A DNA stretch of 63,461 nt, the filler included, from Caldilineae bacterium (GTDB lineage Bacteria > Chloroflexota > Anaerolineae > DTLA01): assembly GCA_037446815.1 (NCBI GenBank). It is 5 parts of 5 records of this genome, joined end to end, with 100 filler letters (N's around TTAATTAATTAA, not from the genome) between each part and the next. Parts side by side here need not be neighbours in the genome. Positions count along the whole stretch, not along the records: positions 1 to 12,879 come from JBBIHX010000074.1; 4 more parts are not named here. One strand, 5' to 3'. Made by a program: the position numbers and the translations under genes. Below, piece by piece: positions 1 to 9,911 of this stretch (position 1 is the stretch's first letter; every line of letters begins with the position of its first letter). The notes beneath the pieces are model-generated. The model saw nothing but the letters and a program-made list of their open reading frames with translations, did not search any database and was not told the origin of the DNA.

Positions 1-3000
1 ACGCCGCTGCCGGGCAGGCCCACGCCCGCGCCCGTGGAGCCCCCCGCAGTCCAGCCTGTGGCGCGCGAACCCGGGCCGGCCGTCGCTTCGGGCGATCTCC
101 TGGCCGTGGCGCAGGCCTTTGACCCCGAAGAGGCCATGGAGTTCGTCAACGCCCTGACCGCGCCGGAGATGGGTGGCAGGCAACCCGCAACCGAAGGCGG
201 ATACGCCGCGGGCGACTATATCGCGGAGAAGTTCCAGGAGTTCGGGCTCCAGCCCGCCGGAACCGACGGCTACTTCCAGCCCTTCACGGCCCCCTTCGCC
301 GAGATCACGGGCGTTCCCACCTTCGTAATCACCACCACGGCGGGCACGGTGTACGACGACTTCGTGTACCGCAAAGACTTCGCCTTTGCCTGGGGCGGGT
401 ATGCCGGGGGCGGCACGGCCAGCGGGCGCGTCGTCTGGGCCAACGACTGCCGCGCCGAGGACTTCCGCGGCGTGGATGTGGCCGGGCAGATCGCCTTCTG
501 CCGCTTCTCCGCCGACGATGAGATTTACCGTCAGGCGCTGGAGCACGGAGCGAGCGGCCTGATTCTGCTGACCGACGACGAGGGTCGCGTGAGCCATCTG
601 CGCACCTATCGTCAGCCGAACTACCTGCCCGACAGTTTGCCCACGCTCCTGGTGCTGCCGCAAGTCGCCGACGCGCTGCTGAGCGGGAGCGGCTACACGC
701 TGGACGACCTGTCGCTCCTGTACCGCCCCGTGCCCTTGAGCGTATCGGCGCAGTTTGAGGTGTTCCTGAACGAGCCGGGCGAGGCCCAGGCGCGCAACGT
801 ACTGGGCGTGCTGCCGGGCCGCGACCCCGCCTTGCGCGACAAGGTGGTCATCATCGGCGCGCACTACGACCATCTGGGCGCCGACGCCAACGGCGACATC
901 TACCGCGGCGCCAACGATAACGCCTCGGGCACGGCGGCCCTGTTGGAAATCGCCCGCTCGTGGCAGGCCGCCGGATTCGTCCCCGACATGACGGTGCTCT
1001 TCGCCGCATGGGACGCCGAGGAGCAGGGCCTGCTGGGCGCCGAGCACTACGTGCGGAACCCACGCTATCCCCTCACGGCCACCGTCGGCATGATTCAGAT
1101 GGACATGGTCGGCCTGGCGTCCGATGGCGTGCTGACGCTGGACGGCATCAACAACGCCATCGGGCAGCAGGTGCAGGCCAGCGCCGCCATCTTCGGCGTG
1201 CAGACGGGCGAGGTGTCGTTCCAGGGCGGCAGCGACCACGCGGCGTTTCTGCGCGCCAACGTCCCCGCCACGCTCCTCATCTGGGACAACGCCGATGTGC
1301 CCTACTACCACACCCCGCAGGACACGCCCGACACCCTCCAGCCCGAGCGCCTGCGGCAGGCGGGAGCCATCGCGTCCCACGCGGCCATTGCCCTGTCCAC
1401 GATCCAGCCGCGGCTGCGCGCCCTGCTGGACGCCCAGGCGCGGGCCATCGCCGCGGGCGACCTCAACGCCTACGCCGCCACGCTGGACCCCGCCGACGCC
1501 GAATTGCAGCGCGCAGGTATGGACTGGCTCGCCACGCGCCCCGCGGACGCCCGCCAGGGCTACACGCTCACCATCGGCAGCCTGCTCGTGTCGGGCGACA
1601 CGGCCCAGGCCGACGTAACCGCGGCCTCGGTGGGCGCAGATGGCCGACGGTCCGTGCTGGCATCGTACCCGGCCCGGATGGTGCGCCGCGGTGCGGACTG
1701 GTATGCCACCTGGCCCGTCGCCCGCACCGTGAGCGCCCCCGCCCTGTCCGTGCAGATGGTGCGGCAAAGCGACGCGGATGAGGAGTGGGCCGAGACGCTG
1801 GCCCAAGCGCGCCTTCGGGCGGCCTTGGCCCTGGGCCTGCGCAACCCGCAGCCGATGACCCTCACCGTGTACCCCGACATGAACACCTTCGCGTGGCTGG
1901 CCGGCGCTGGCACGGGCGCGTATTCGCCCCTGCCCGGCTACCACATCGCCCGCACCGACACCATCACGCCCACTGCCGTCAACCTGGTGCGCAGTGAGAT
2001 GGGCATGCCCCTGCACGAAGGCGCGTGGCTGGGCCTGGGGCTGACATACTGGGTGCAGACCGCCGGCGACGCCGAGGCACAGCGCGCCCTGTCCCACCAG
2101 ATGACCCCCCTGCTGGACGGCACCGTCTCGGCGCGGCAGGTGCTCACCCAGACCGCCGATGCCCTGGATGACCGTAGTGCTGCGCTGGCCTGGAGCCTGA
2201 CGGACTACTTCATGCGCACCTACGGCACGGACGGCTTGCGCCGATTCTGCGCGGGCTGGGCCAGGGCGGGAACGCAAGCGGGCGCCTTCGCCGCCATCGG
2301 CACAACCCCCGACGCCTTTGTCCAGGCGTGGGAGGCGGCGGTGCTGAATCCCATTGCCGAAGCGCGCGCGGGCATAGAGCAGACGCTGCGCGAACGCGAG
2401 CAGGCCGTCCTCGCGGGCGACAAGGCCGCATTCCTCGCCACCGTGAACCCGGCCGACCCGGTGTTCCAGACCGAAGAGGGGCACTGGTTTGACGATTTGG
2501 CAGAGCACCCGGCGGAGTCCTACGCGCTCAAGGCGCAATTGCTGGCCGCGGACGAAGCCGGAGCACTGGCCCGCCTGCAGATGACCGCGAAGATGAAGGA
2601 AGGCGGCAACACCGTGCAGGCGTCCTACACGGCGCGATTTGTCAGGGCCGCGGAGCGTTGGCTGCTGGCCGGGCCCGACTGGACGGTGGAACAGGGCGAC
2701 CACTTCCTCGTCAAGTACGCGCCCCCCACGACGCGGGAGACGGCCCGCGCCGTGCTGGACGCCGCCGAACGCGCCTATGCCCAGGTAACCACCGACCTGG
2801 ACTACGCGCCCGCGTCCGTTACCGAAATCAAGTTGTACGACGACCAGCCCGCCATGCTGGCGTCCATCCTGCTCTCGGTGCCTTCGTGGGCCAAGGGCTG
2901 GTACGAACCCGGCGAGGCCATCAAGGTGTGGACGGGGGCGAAGGGCGTGGATTTCGTGAGCCTCATCGCCCACGAATTCACGCACCGCGTGCTGTTTGAC

Positions 3001-4692
3001 CTCGGCGTGGACCTGGGCTGGCTGCACGAGGGCGTGGCCGTGTTTGAGAGCATGCGGGCCGCGCCCGAGACGGCGGCTCCCGCGCAGGCGCGCTACGTGC
3101 CCGCCGTCCGCGAAGCCCAGCGCACGCAGAAACTGCTGGACTGGGCCAACATGCCCACGTATGACGAAGTGGCCGATCAGGACACGACCCTGTACTACGG
3201 CCAGGCGTGGATGTTCGTGGACGAATTCGTGCGCCAGTTTGGGCTGGATAGTCTCAACCGCCTTCTGCGCGCCCTGGGCGAGGGCCGTGGATTCGCGCAG
3301 GCGTTCTCGGTGGCGGCGCGCATGCCCTTCTCCGAGTGGGAACCCCAGTGGCAACAGGCGGTGCGGCTGGGCGGCGTGCCCGCGGAGCTCATCCGCGCCG
3401 CCCAGGGATTCAGCGCGGACCGGGCGCTGGCCACAGTGCAGACGCTGGCGTCCCCGGACTTCGCCGGGCGCAGAGCCGGCAGCCCAGGCGCCGACGCCGC
3501 GGCCCGCTGGATCGCCCAGCAGATGCAGGCGCTCGGCCTCCAGCCCGGCGCGCCCGACGGCTCCTACTTCCAGGCCGTCCCCATCCCCTACGCCGAACTC
3601 GCCGCCATGCCCGTCGTCCGCTTCACCGATACGGTAACGGGCGGCCAAGTGGCGCTGGCCTATGGACAGGACTTCCGCGAGGTGGTGGGCGGATTCGCGG
3701 GGGGCGGCGACCGAACCGCCGAACTCGTCTGGCTGCCCAAAGAGTTCCCCGAGGACGTTCGCCTGGGCGGGCGCATCGCCCTCAAGTACCAGTCCGCGGA
3801 CCCGACCGCCGAGGCCGAGGCCGCATGGGCCCATGGCGCGGGCGGCCTCATCCTCGTGGTCAAGGACACGTCCCTGGACATGCGCGAGCGAACCGTGCCC
3901 TCGCGGGCGATGGAGTCAGACGCCATCCCCGTGGTGCAGATTCGGGAGGAAACCTGGCGCGAGATTATCAAGATGGCGGGGCTGACCCCCTACGAGGCAA
4001 ACAACGCTCCCCGCGCGTTGCTGCTCTCGCTGAAGGCCCACCTCGCCGTGCCGTACAGCACGCCGCAGACGGCGCAAGCGTTGACCGTCGTCGGCGTTCT
4101 GCCGGGCGAACGGGCCGACGCGCGCCCGCTGGTCATCGGCGCGCACTACGATGGCGTGGGGGCGCTCCCCGACGGCACGCTGTACGCCGGCGCGAACAAG
4201 AACGCCTCGGGCGTGGCCGTGATGCTGGAAGTGGCGCGGGTGCTGGCCGAAAGCGGATTCCGCCCGTCGCGACCCATCTACTTCATCGCCTGGGGCGCAG
4301 AGGAAGCGGGCCTCGCCAGTTCCCGCTCCTACGCCGAGCAAGCGATTGTGCCGCTGAGCCGGATGCTGGGGCTGCTGGAGTTGGACACGGTCGGCGCGGC
4401 GCGCAGTTATTACCTGAACTTGGAAGGCGACAAGGACGGCCTGGAGGCGACGCTCCTCTTCAACCTGCGCCTGGCCGCAGACCTGCTGGATCGGCGCGTC
4501 TCGCCCGAGGCATACAAGGGCAGCAACACCCACGCCATCTTCCGCGAGCGCGGCGTGCCGTCGGTGCTCCTGTTCTGGCCCAACGCGGAGCACATCCACA
4601 CGCCGCTGGACACGCCCGACACGCTGGACCCGTACAAGTTGGCCACGACGGGCGAGGTTACGACCCTGGCGGCCATGATGATGGCCAGGTAG
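1..4692 (+). CDS. Large multidomain metallopeptidase: M28+PA, two MA/gluzincin-like segments, second M28+PA; 5' end truncated by the window
   Basis: M28 motifs GAHYDHLG, GANDNASG, DAEEQG, QMDMVG, YYHT; central AHEFTH...WLHEG; second GAHYDG...AEEAG...HIHT. Frame is open from base 1. Confidence 0.85.
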   Translation, partial: TPLPGRPTPAPVEPPAVQPVAREPGPAVASGDLLAVAQAFDPEEAMEFVNALTAPEMGGRQPATEGGYAAGDYIAEKFQEFGLQPAGTDGYFQPFTAPFAEITGVPTFVITTTAGTVYDDFVYRKDFAFAWGGYAGGGTASGRVVWANDCRAEDFRGVDVAGQIAFCRFSADDEIYRQALEHGASGLILLTDDEGRVSHLRTYRQPNYLPDSLPTLLVLPQVADALLSGSGYTLDDLSLLYRPVPLSVSAQFEVFLNEPGEAQARNVLGVLPGRDPALRDKVVIIGAHYDHLGADANGDIYRGANDNASGTAALLEIARSWQAAGFVPDMTVLFAAWDAEEQGLLGAEHYVRNPRYPLTATVGMIQMDMVGLASDGVLTLDGINNAIGQQVQASAAIFGVQTGEVSFQGGSDHAAFLRANVPATLLIWDNADVPYYHTPQDTPDTLQPERLRQAGAIASHAAIALSTIQPRLRALLDAQARAIAAGDLNAYAATLDPADAELQRAGMDWLATRPADARQGYTLTIGSLLVSGDTAQADVTAASVGADGRRSVLASYPARMVRRGADWYATWPVARTVSAPALSVQMVRQSDADEEWAETLAQARLRAALALGLRNPQPMTLTVYPDMNTFAWLAGAGTGAYSPLPGYHIARTDTITPTAVNLVRSEMGMPLHEGAWLGLGLTYWVQTAGDAEAQRALSHQMTPLLDGTVSARQVLTQTADALDDRSAALAWSLTDYFMRTYGTDGLRRFCAGWARAGTQAGAFAAIGTTPDAFVQAWEAAVLNPIAEARAGIEQTLREREQAVLAGDKAAFLATVNPADPVFQTEEGHWFDDLAEHPAESYALKAQLLAADEAGALARLQMTAKMKEGGNTVQASYTARFVRAAERWLLAGPDWTVEQGDHFLVKYAPPTTRETARAVLDAAERAYAQVTTDLDYAPASVTEIKLYDDQPAMLASILLSVPSWAKGWYEPGEAIKVWTGAKGVDFVSLIAHEFTHRVLFDLGVDLGWLHEGVAVFESMRAAPETAAPAQARYVPAVREAQRTQKLLDWANMPTYDEVADQDTTLYYGQAWMFVDEFVRQFGLDSLNRLLRALGEGRGFAQAFSVAARMPFSEWEPQWQQAVRLGGVPAELIRAAQGFSADRALATVQTLASPDFAGRRAGSPGADAAARWIAQQMQALGLQPGAPDGSYFQAVPIPYAELAAMPVVRFTDTVTGGQVALAYGQDFREVVGGFAGGGDRTAELVWLPKEFPEDVRLGGRIALKYQSADPTAEAEAAWAHGAGGLILVVKDTSLDMRERTVPSRAMESDAIPVVQIREETWREIIKMAGLTPYEANNAPRALLLSLKAHLAVPYSTPQTAQALTVVGVLPGERADARPLVIGAHYDGVGALPDGTLYAGANKNASGVAVMLEVARVLAESGFRPSRPIYFIAWGAEEAGLASSRSYAEQAIVPLSRMLGLLELDTVGAARSYYLNLEGDKDGLEATLLFNLRLAADLLDRRVSPEAYKGSNTHAIFRERGVPSVLLFWPNAEHIHTPLDTPDTLDPYKLATTGEVTTLAAMMMAR

Positions 4693-4755
4693 CCCCGACG
4701 CGCGCCACGGCCATCTGCGGGAAGTCAGGGGCTAATAAGACTATTTCGGTCGCAT

Positions 4756-4784
4756 TTGACAAGCGCAGCACCTCCCTGTATGAT
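4756..4784 (+). promoter_or_regulatory. Sigma70-type promoter of heliorhodopsin
   Basis: TTGACA-17 nt-TATGAT, with TG just before the -10 box. Confidence 0.65.
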
Positions 4785-4838
4785 CCGTGCATGAGTTCGC
4801 CCAGCGCGGGCTCACAAATACTTGCGGAGGGAGAGCCC

Positions 4839-5618
4839 ATGAGCGACACGTCGCTAGACCGTACCTACAGGGGCCTGCGCCGTTTCAACCTGGCGATGGG
4901 ATTCCTGCACCTCATCCAGGGCCTGCTGATGATCCTCATCAGCAACGACACCACGTACCCCATCTGGACCAACTACCTGACCTTTGACCGAGCCACCTTT
5001 TCCCTGACGCCCAACCCACAGCCGTTCTACGACCTGCGGTTCGGCCCGGCGGTGGCCATCTTCCTGCTCCTGTCGGCGGTGGCGCATTTCTCGCTCGCCA
5101 CCTTCGGCTACAAGTGGTATGTGAGCCACCTGGAGCGGAAGATGAACCCGGCCCGCTTCTACGAGTACGCCCTGAGTTCGTCGTGGATGATCGTCCTCAT
5201 CGGCATGCTGGTGGGGCTGTGGGACCTGGGTGCGCTCATCCTCATCTTCGCCCTCAACGCCACCATGAACCTGTTCGGCATCATGATGGAGTTGCACAAC
5301 GAAGGCAAGGAGCGCGTCAACTGGACGTCGTTCATCTTCGGCTGCTTCGCGGGCATCGTGCCGTGGATTGTCATCATGCTGTACTTCCTGGGCGCGATCA
5401 ACTCGGGCGATGCCAAGCCACCGGCGTTTGTGTACGCCATCATCCCCACCATCTTCGTGTTCTTCAACATCTTCGCCGTGAACATGTTCCTGCAGTACAA
5501 GAAGGTGGGGCCGTGGAAGAACTACCTGTTCGGTGAGCGCATGTTCATTATCCTCAGCCTGGCGGCAAAGACGGCGCTTGCCTGGATGATTTTCGCCGGC
5601 ACCCTGGCGCCCGTATAG
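4839..5618 (+). CDS. heR: Heliorhodopsin
   Basis: LRRFN..MGFLHLIQG, SAVAHF, NPARFYEYALSS (counterion Glu), LSLAAK (SxxxK retinal Lys); GGAGG upstream of ATG 4839. Confidence 0.93.
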   Translation: MSDTSLDRTYRGLRRFNLAMGFLHLIQGLLMILISNDTTYPIWTNYLTFDRATFSLTPNPQPFYDLRFGPAVAIFLLLSAVAHFSLATFGYKWYVSHLERKMNPARFYEYALSSSWMIVLIGMLVGLWDLGALILIFALNATMNLFGIMMELHNEGKERVNWTSFIFGCFAGIVPWIVIMLYFLGAINSGDAKPPAFVYAIIPTIFVFFNIFAVNMFLQYKKVGPWKNYLFGERMFIILSLAAKTALAWMIFAGTLAPV

Positions 5619-5756
5619 GCCCAGCCCGTCGGCGGCGGCTACACGAGACCTCGCGGGGGCGCGACGAGAGCGGAAGGCTCCGCCGTGTCCCCGCTTTGTC
5701 GTGCGCTCCTTCTGGCACGCCACTTGCGCTCTGGGCTTGGGCGGAAGTCGCCGCGC

Positions 5757-5961
5757 GATTCAGTTCCAAAGTGTTTTGGTAACCGTCATTGTGAGGAGCG
5801 AAGGCCCGAAGCAATCGCTGGGAACTGTCAATCCCTGGGAACTGTCATTCTGAGCGGCGGAGAGCGAAGAATCTCGCTGACCGAGATGCTTCACCTTCGC
5901 CTCAGCATGACAGAGTGGGGAGGCAACGCGCGGGCTGACCAACACAAGACGAACCCGACTC
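5757..5961. mobile_element. MITE/REPIN-like element with 24-bp imperfect TIRs enclosing REP-like palindromes
   Basis: GATTCAGTTCCAAAGTGTTTTGGT ... ACCAACACAAGACGAACCCGACTC; inverted homolog of 36263-36413. Confidence 0.6.
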
Positions 5962-6038
5962 CGCCACGCTGCCGATTTGCAAACCGATGCGCGATGCGAT
6001 AAGATTCGTTCACGTTCCCGCCTGGCCCGAGAGGAAAC

Positions 6039-7154
6039 ATGTCCGAACAGCCGAATGAATCCAAGCGACCGAACGCCGATGGCGACGGCGCCCAAGACCC
6101 GCGCCTGGTGGAGGCCATCGCCTTGGCCACTGCCGAGCGCAGGGATGAGGCCCGCGCGTTGTTTGGGGCCATCCTCGCCGACGACCCCGACAACGTGGAG
6201 GCGCTCCTGTGGATGGGAGCCCTGGCCGACAGGCCCGAGGACAGCCTGCGGTACATTGGCCGCGCCGTCCAGTTGGCCCCGCAGAATCCCCGAGCGCGGG
6301 CGGCACTGCGCTGGGCGCGCAAGCGGGCGCCGAACGCCGGCCGGCCTCGCCCGAATCCGGCGGGCGCGGCCCACCCTGTGGGCGTGCCTGCGCCTGTAGT
6401 GCGCCCGTCGCGGGGCGTCCCCCGTTACGTGGGATGGCTTCTCGCCGCGCTGCTCGCCCTCGTCGGTGCGGCAGCGATATGGACCCAGACCGACTGGCCG
6501 GCCCAGGCGTGGGAAGCCATTTTCGCCACCCACACGCCCACGGCAACGCCGACGTTCACGCCGACGAATACGCCCACCAACACGCCGACGGCCACGCCCA
6601 CCCACACACCCACCAACACGCCCACACCGACGCTGACCGAAACGCCCACGCCGACGCCGACGCACACGCCCACGCCGACGGCCACCCCCACGGCCACGCC
6701 CGTCCCGCCGACGCCCACCCGCCCGCCGCAGCCCACTGCCGCCCCGCCGACCGGCATCGGCAACGGCGAAAAGTGGATTGACGTGGACCTGTCGTCGCAG
6801 CGCCTGGTGGCCTACGAGGGGAATCGCGCCGTCTACTGGGCGGTCATTTCCTCCGGCCTCCCGGCCACGCCCACGGTCAAGGGCCAGTTCAGGATTTATG
6901 TCAAGTATCGCAGCGCGCCCATGTCCGGTCCGGGCTACTACTTGCCCAACGTGCCCTACATCATGTACTTCTACAAGGGCTATGGCCTGCACGGCGCGTA
7001 CTGGCACAACAACTTCGGCCAGCCCATGAGCCACGGCTGCGTCAACCTGAAGATAGACGATGCCAAGTGGCTGTTTGAGTGGACCGACCCCTACGTGCCG
7101 CCGGGGGCCAACAGCGCCTCGGGCACCGGCACCCTGGTCGTCATCCACGACTGA
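6039..7154 (+). CDS. Membrane-anchored L,D-transpeptidase (YkuD family) with N-terminal TPR-like segment and Pro/Thr linker
   Basis: KWIDVDLSSQ, HGAYWHNNFGQPMSHGCVNL catalytic motif; one TM helix; (TP)n linker. Confidence 0.9.
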   Translation: MSEQPNESKRPNADGDGAQDPRLVEAIALATAERRDEARALFGAILADDPDNVEALLWMGALADRPEDSLRYIGRAVQLAPQNPRARAALRWARKRAPNAGRPRPNPAGAAHPVGVPAPVVRPSRGVPRYVGWLLAALLALVGAAAIWTQTDWPAQAWEAIFATHTPTATPTFTPTNTPTNTPTATPTHTPTNTPTPTLTETPTPTPTHTPTPTATPTATPVPPTPTRPPQPTAAPPTGIGNGEKWIDVDLSSQRLVAYEGNRAVYWAVISSGLPATPTVKGQFRIYVKYRSAPMSGPGYYLPNVPYIMYFYKGYGLHGAYWHNNFGQPMSHGCVNLKIDDAKWLFEWTDPYVPPGANSASGTGTLVVIHD

Positions 7155-7177
7155 TGCCGCCGCGCGCCCCGCTAGCG

Positions 7178-7377
7178 CCGCGGGGCTTCGCCCCACGCTT
7201 GTCATTCCGAGGCGCGAAGCGCCGAGGAATCTCACCCGCGGGCACACACTGCACGGTCGCCCCGGCCGGTCGCCCCTACGGCTAACCCTAGCCCGCGGGG
7301 CTTCGCCCCACGCTTGTCATTCCGAGGCGCGAAGCGCCGAGGAATCTCACCCGCGGGCACACACTGCACGGTCGCCC
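7178..7377. repeat. Tandem duplication of an 85-bp REP-containing unit (period 115 bp)
   Basis: 7178-7262 matches 7293-7377; contains GTCATTCCGAGGCGCGAAGCGCCGAGGAATCT. Confidence 0.9.
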
Positions 7378-7420
7378 TGGCCCGTCGCCCGTACGTCCTC
7401 GCAATGACCGACGGAGGGCC

Positions 7421-7455
7421 AACGTGCGACGCACCTGCGAGGTGCGTCGCACGTT
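7421..7455. repeat. REP-like palindrome, family C
   Basis: AACGTGCGACGCACCTGCGAGGTGCGTCGCACGTT; related copies near 25547, 26202, 30821, 50118. Confidence 0.85.
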
Positions 7456-7558
7456 TCCCCAGCGGGACGCGGGTGCGACTTGCGTCTATCGGCAAACATG
7501 GGTAAACTCGGAATCGGGACCACCTTTCCGTTTCACCCATGCGCGATGGCGCTCGCCG

Positions 7559-9904
7559 GTGAGTAGTGTGAACAGCCAAGAGTTCATTGACCACATAAGA
7601 AGCCTCCCGTTCTACCACGGGCAGATCGTGCACCAGGAGCACATCCCTGCGCGGCCTGCTCGGTACGGCCGCTTGAATCGGCCCTTGCCGAAACCCCTGG
7701 AACAGGCGCTGGCCGACCTCGGCGCGTCGCGCCTGTACACGCACCAGGCCGAGGCCATCAACGCGGCGCGGGACGGGCACGACGTGATCCTGGCCACGTC
7801 CACCGCCAGCGGCAAGACGCTGGCCTACAATGTGCCCGTGCTGGAAGCCGTCCTGGCGAACCCAAAGGCGCGCGCCCTGTACCTGTTCCCCACCAAGGCG
7901 CTGGCCCAGGACCAGCTCCGCGCCCTGCGCCAACTCACCGACCGCCTGGGCGGCCTCACCTTCGGCACCTACGACGGCGACACGCCCCGGGAGGCGCGCG
8001 GGCGGCTGCGGCAGCGCGCGTCCGTCGTCCTCACCAATCCCGACATGCTGCACATGGGCATCCTGCCCCATCACAACCTGTGGAGCCGCTTCTTCGCCGA
8101 TTTGCGGTTTGTCGTCATTGACGAGGCGCATGTGTACCGCGGCATCTTCGGCTCCCATGTCGCCTGTGTGTTGCGGCGCCTGCTGCGCGTGTGCGAGTTC
8201 TACGGCTCCCATCCCCAGTTTATCCTATGCTCGGCCACCATCGCCAACCCGGGCGAGCACGCGGGTCGACTCACCTCGCGCGAGGTGGTTGTCGTGGACG
8301 ATGATGGGGCGCCCCGCATGAGCAAGGAATTCCTGCTCTGGAACCCGCCCTTCCTGGACAGGGCGAAGATGACCCGCCGCAGCGCCAACGCCGAGGCCGC
8401 TTTCCTCTTCGCCGAGATGGTGCAGCATGGCATTCGCAACATCACCTTCGCGCGGACGCGCAAAGTGGCCGAACTCATCTTGCGCTATGCCCGCGACGCG
8501 CTAGAAGAGACCCGCCCAGACCTCGTATCCCGCGTGCGGGCCTACCGCGCCGGATACCTGCCCGAGCAGCGCCGCGAGATTGAGCAGGGGCTGTTCCGCG
8601 GCCAGTTGCTAGGCGTAACAGCCACTAACGCCCTGGAGTTGGGCGTGGACGTGGGCGCGCTGGACGCCACCGTTACCGTCGGCTATCCCGGCACCATCGC
8701 CAGCGTGTGGCAGCAGGCGGGGCGCGCCGGTCGCGGCAAGAAGGACTCGCTCTCCATCCTCATCGGCCTAGACAGCCCGCTGGATCAGTACTTCATGCGC
8801 GAGCCCAAGGAACTGTTCGGGCGCAGCCCGGAACACGCCCTGATTGACCCGAGCAATCCGTACTTGCTGCTCCAGCACCTGCCCTGCGCCGCCCATGAGC
8901 GCCCCCTGACCAGCGCCGACGAGCACCGGTTCGGCCCCACGTTCCCCGAGGTCATGGCGCAACTGGAACACTCCGGAACGCTAGAGTACCGCGGGGATCG
9001 GTGGTATGTCTCCGGCATCGCCTATCCCGCCGAGCGCGTCAACATCCGCTCCATATCCGGCTCCACGTTTGTCCTGCTGGACGAAAGCAACAACTACCGG
9101 ATGCTGGAACAGATTGACGGAGCCACGGCGTTGCTCCGCATTCACCCGGGAGCCGTGTACCTGCACCAGGGCGAGACCTACCTGGTTACCCGCCTGGACC
9201 TGGACACGCAGACCGCCTACGTGCGACCCGCCGACGTGGACTACTACACCACCCCGCGGGAGATCAACGATGTCCGCGTGGTGCGCTCGTGGCAGGTGCG
9301 GCGCTTCCCGACCTGCCAGGCGTACTACGGCCAGGTGCGCGTTACCCAGCAGGTCATCGGATACAAGCGCGTGCAGCAATACACGGAAACAGTGCTGGAC
9401 AACGTCCCGCTGGACCTACCCAGCCAGTCGTTCGTAACGTCCGCGCTGTGGTTCAACGTTCCCACCGAGATCATGATGCGCGTCCTGGGGGCGGGGCTGG
9501 ATTTTGCGGGCGGCCTCCACGCGCTGGAGCATGCCAGCATCGGCCTGCTACCGCTGTTCGCCATGTGCGACCGACTGGACATCGGCGGGCTGTCCACGCC
9601 CTGCCACGACGACACCGGCGAGGCCCAGGTCTTCATCTACGACGGCCACCCGGGCGGCGTGGGCATTGCAGAGAAGGGGTTTCACATGCTGGAGCGTCTG
9701 TGGGCCGCCACGCGCAAGACCATCGCCGGCTGCCCCTGCCAGGATGGCTGCCCGTCGTGCGTGCAAAGCCCCAAGTGCGGCAACAACAACGAGCCGCTGG
9801 ACAAAGCCGCCGCCGTGTTCATCCTGGACGCGCTGATGCAGGGGACAGGCGAGCGCGCGTCTTCGGGGGCCACGCCGCCGGGCGCCGGTCGTCAGCGATC
9901 GTGA
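7559..9904 (+). CDS. DEAH-box helicase with DUF1998 Zn domain (MrfA/YprA/Hrq1-like)
   Basis: TASGKT, PTKALAQDQ, DEAH, SAT, QQAGRAGR, C-terminal CPCQDGCPSC; start codon uncertain. Confidence 0.92.
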   Translation: MSSVNSQEFIDHIRSLPFYHGQIVHQEHIPARPARYGRLNRPLPKPLEQALADLGASRLYTHQAEAINAARDGHDVILATSTASGKTLAYNVPVLEAVLANPKARALYLFPTKALAQDQLRALRQLTDRLGGLTFGTYDGDTPREARGRLRQRASVVLTNPDMLHMGILPHHNLWSRFFADLRFVVIDEAHVYRGIFGSHVACVLRRLLRVCEFYGSHPQFILCSATIANPGEHAGRLTSREVVVVDDDGAPRMSKEFLLWNPPFLDRAKMTRRSANAEAAFLFAEMVQHGIRNITFARTRKVAELILRYARDALEETRPDLVSRVRAYRAGYLPEQRREIEQGLFRGQLLGVTATNALELGVDVGALDATVTVGYPGTIASVWQQAGRAGRGKKDSLSILIGLDSPLDQYFMREPKELFGRSPEHALIDPSNPYLLLQHLPCAAHERPLTSADEHRFGPTFPEVMAQLEHSGTLEYRGDRWYVSGIAYPAERVNIRSISGSTFVLLDESNNYRMLEQIDGATALLRIHPGAVYLHQGETYLVTRLDLDTQTAYVRPADVDYYTTPREINDVRVVRSWQVRRFPTCQAYYGQVRVTQQVIGYKRVQQYTETVLDNVPLDLPSQSFVTSALWFNVPTEIMMRVLGAGLDFAGGLHALEHASIGLLPLFAMCDRLDIGGLSTPCHDDTGEAQVFIYDGHPGGVGIAEKGFHMLERLWAATRKTIAGCPCQDGCPSCVQSPKCGNNNEPLDKAAAVFILDALMQGTGERASSGATPPGAGRQRS

Positions 9905-9911
9905 GGTGCGC

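Noticed and set aside
3336..4838. 760-aa heliorhodopsin fusion ORF
   Set aside because: The N-terminal part is an alternative frame over the peptidase; promoter and SD support the start at 4839.
6525..6750. ACGCC-rich tandem repeats (also 34510-34610)
   Set aside because: They simply encode Pro/Thr linkers of secreted proteins.
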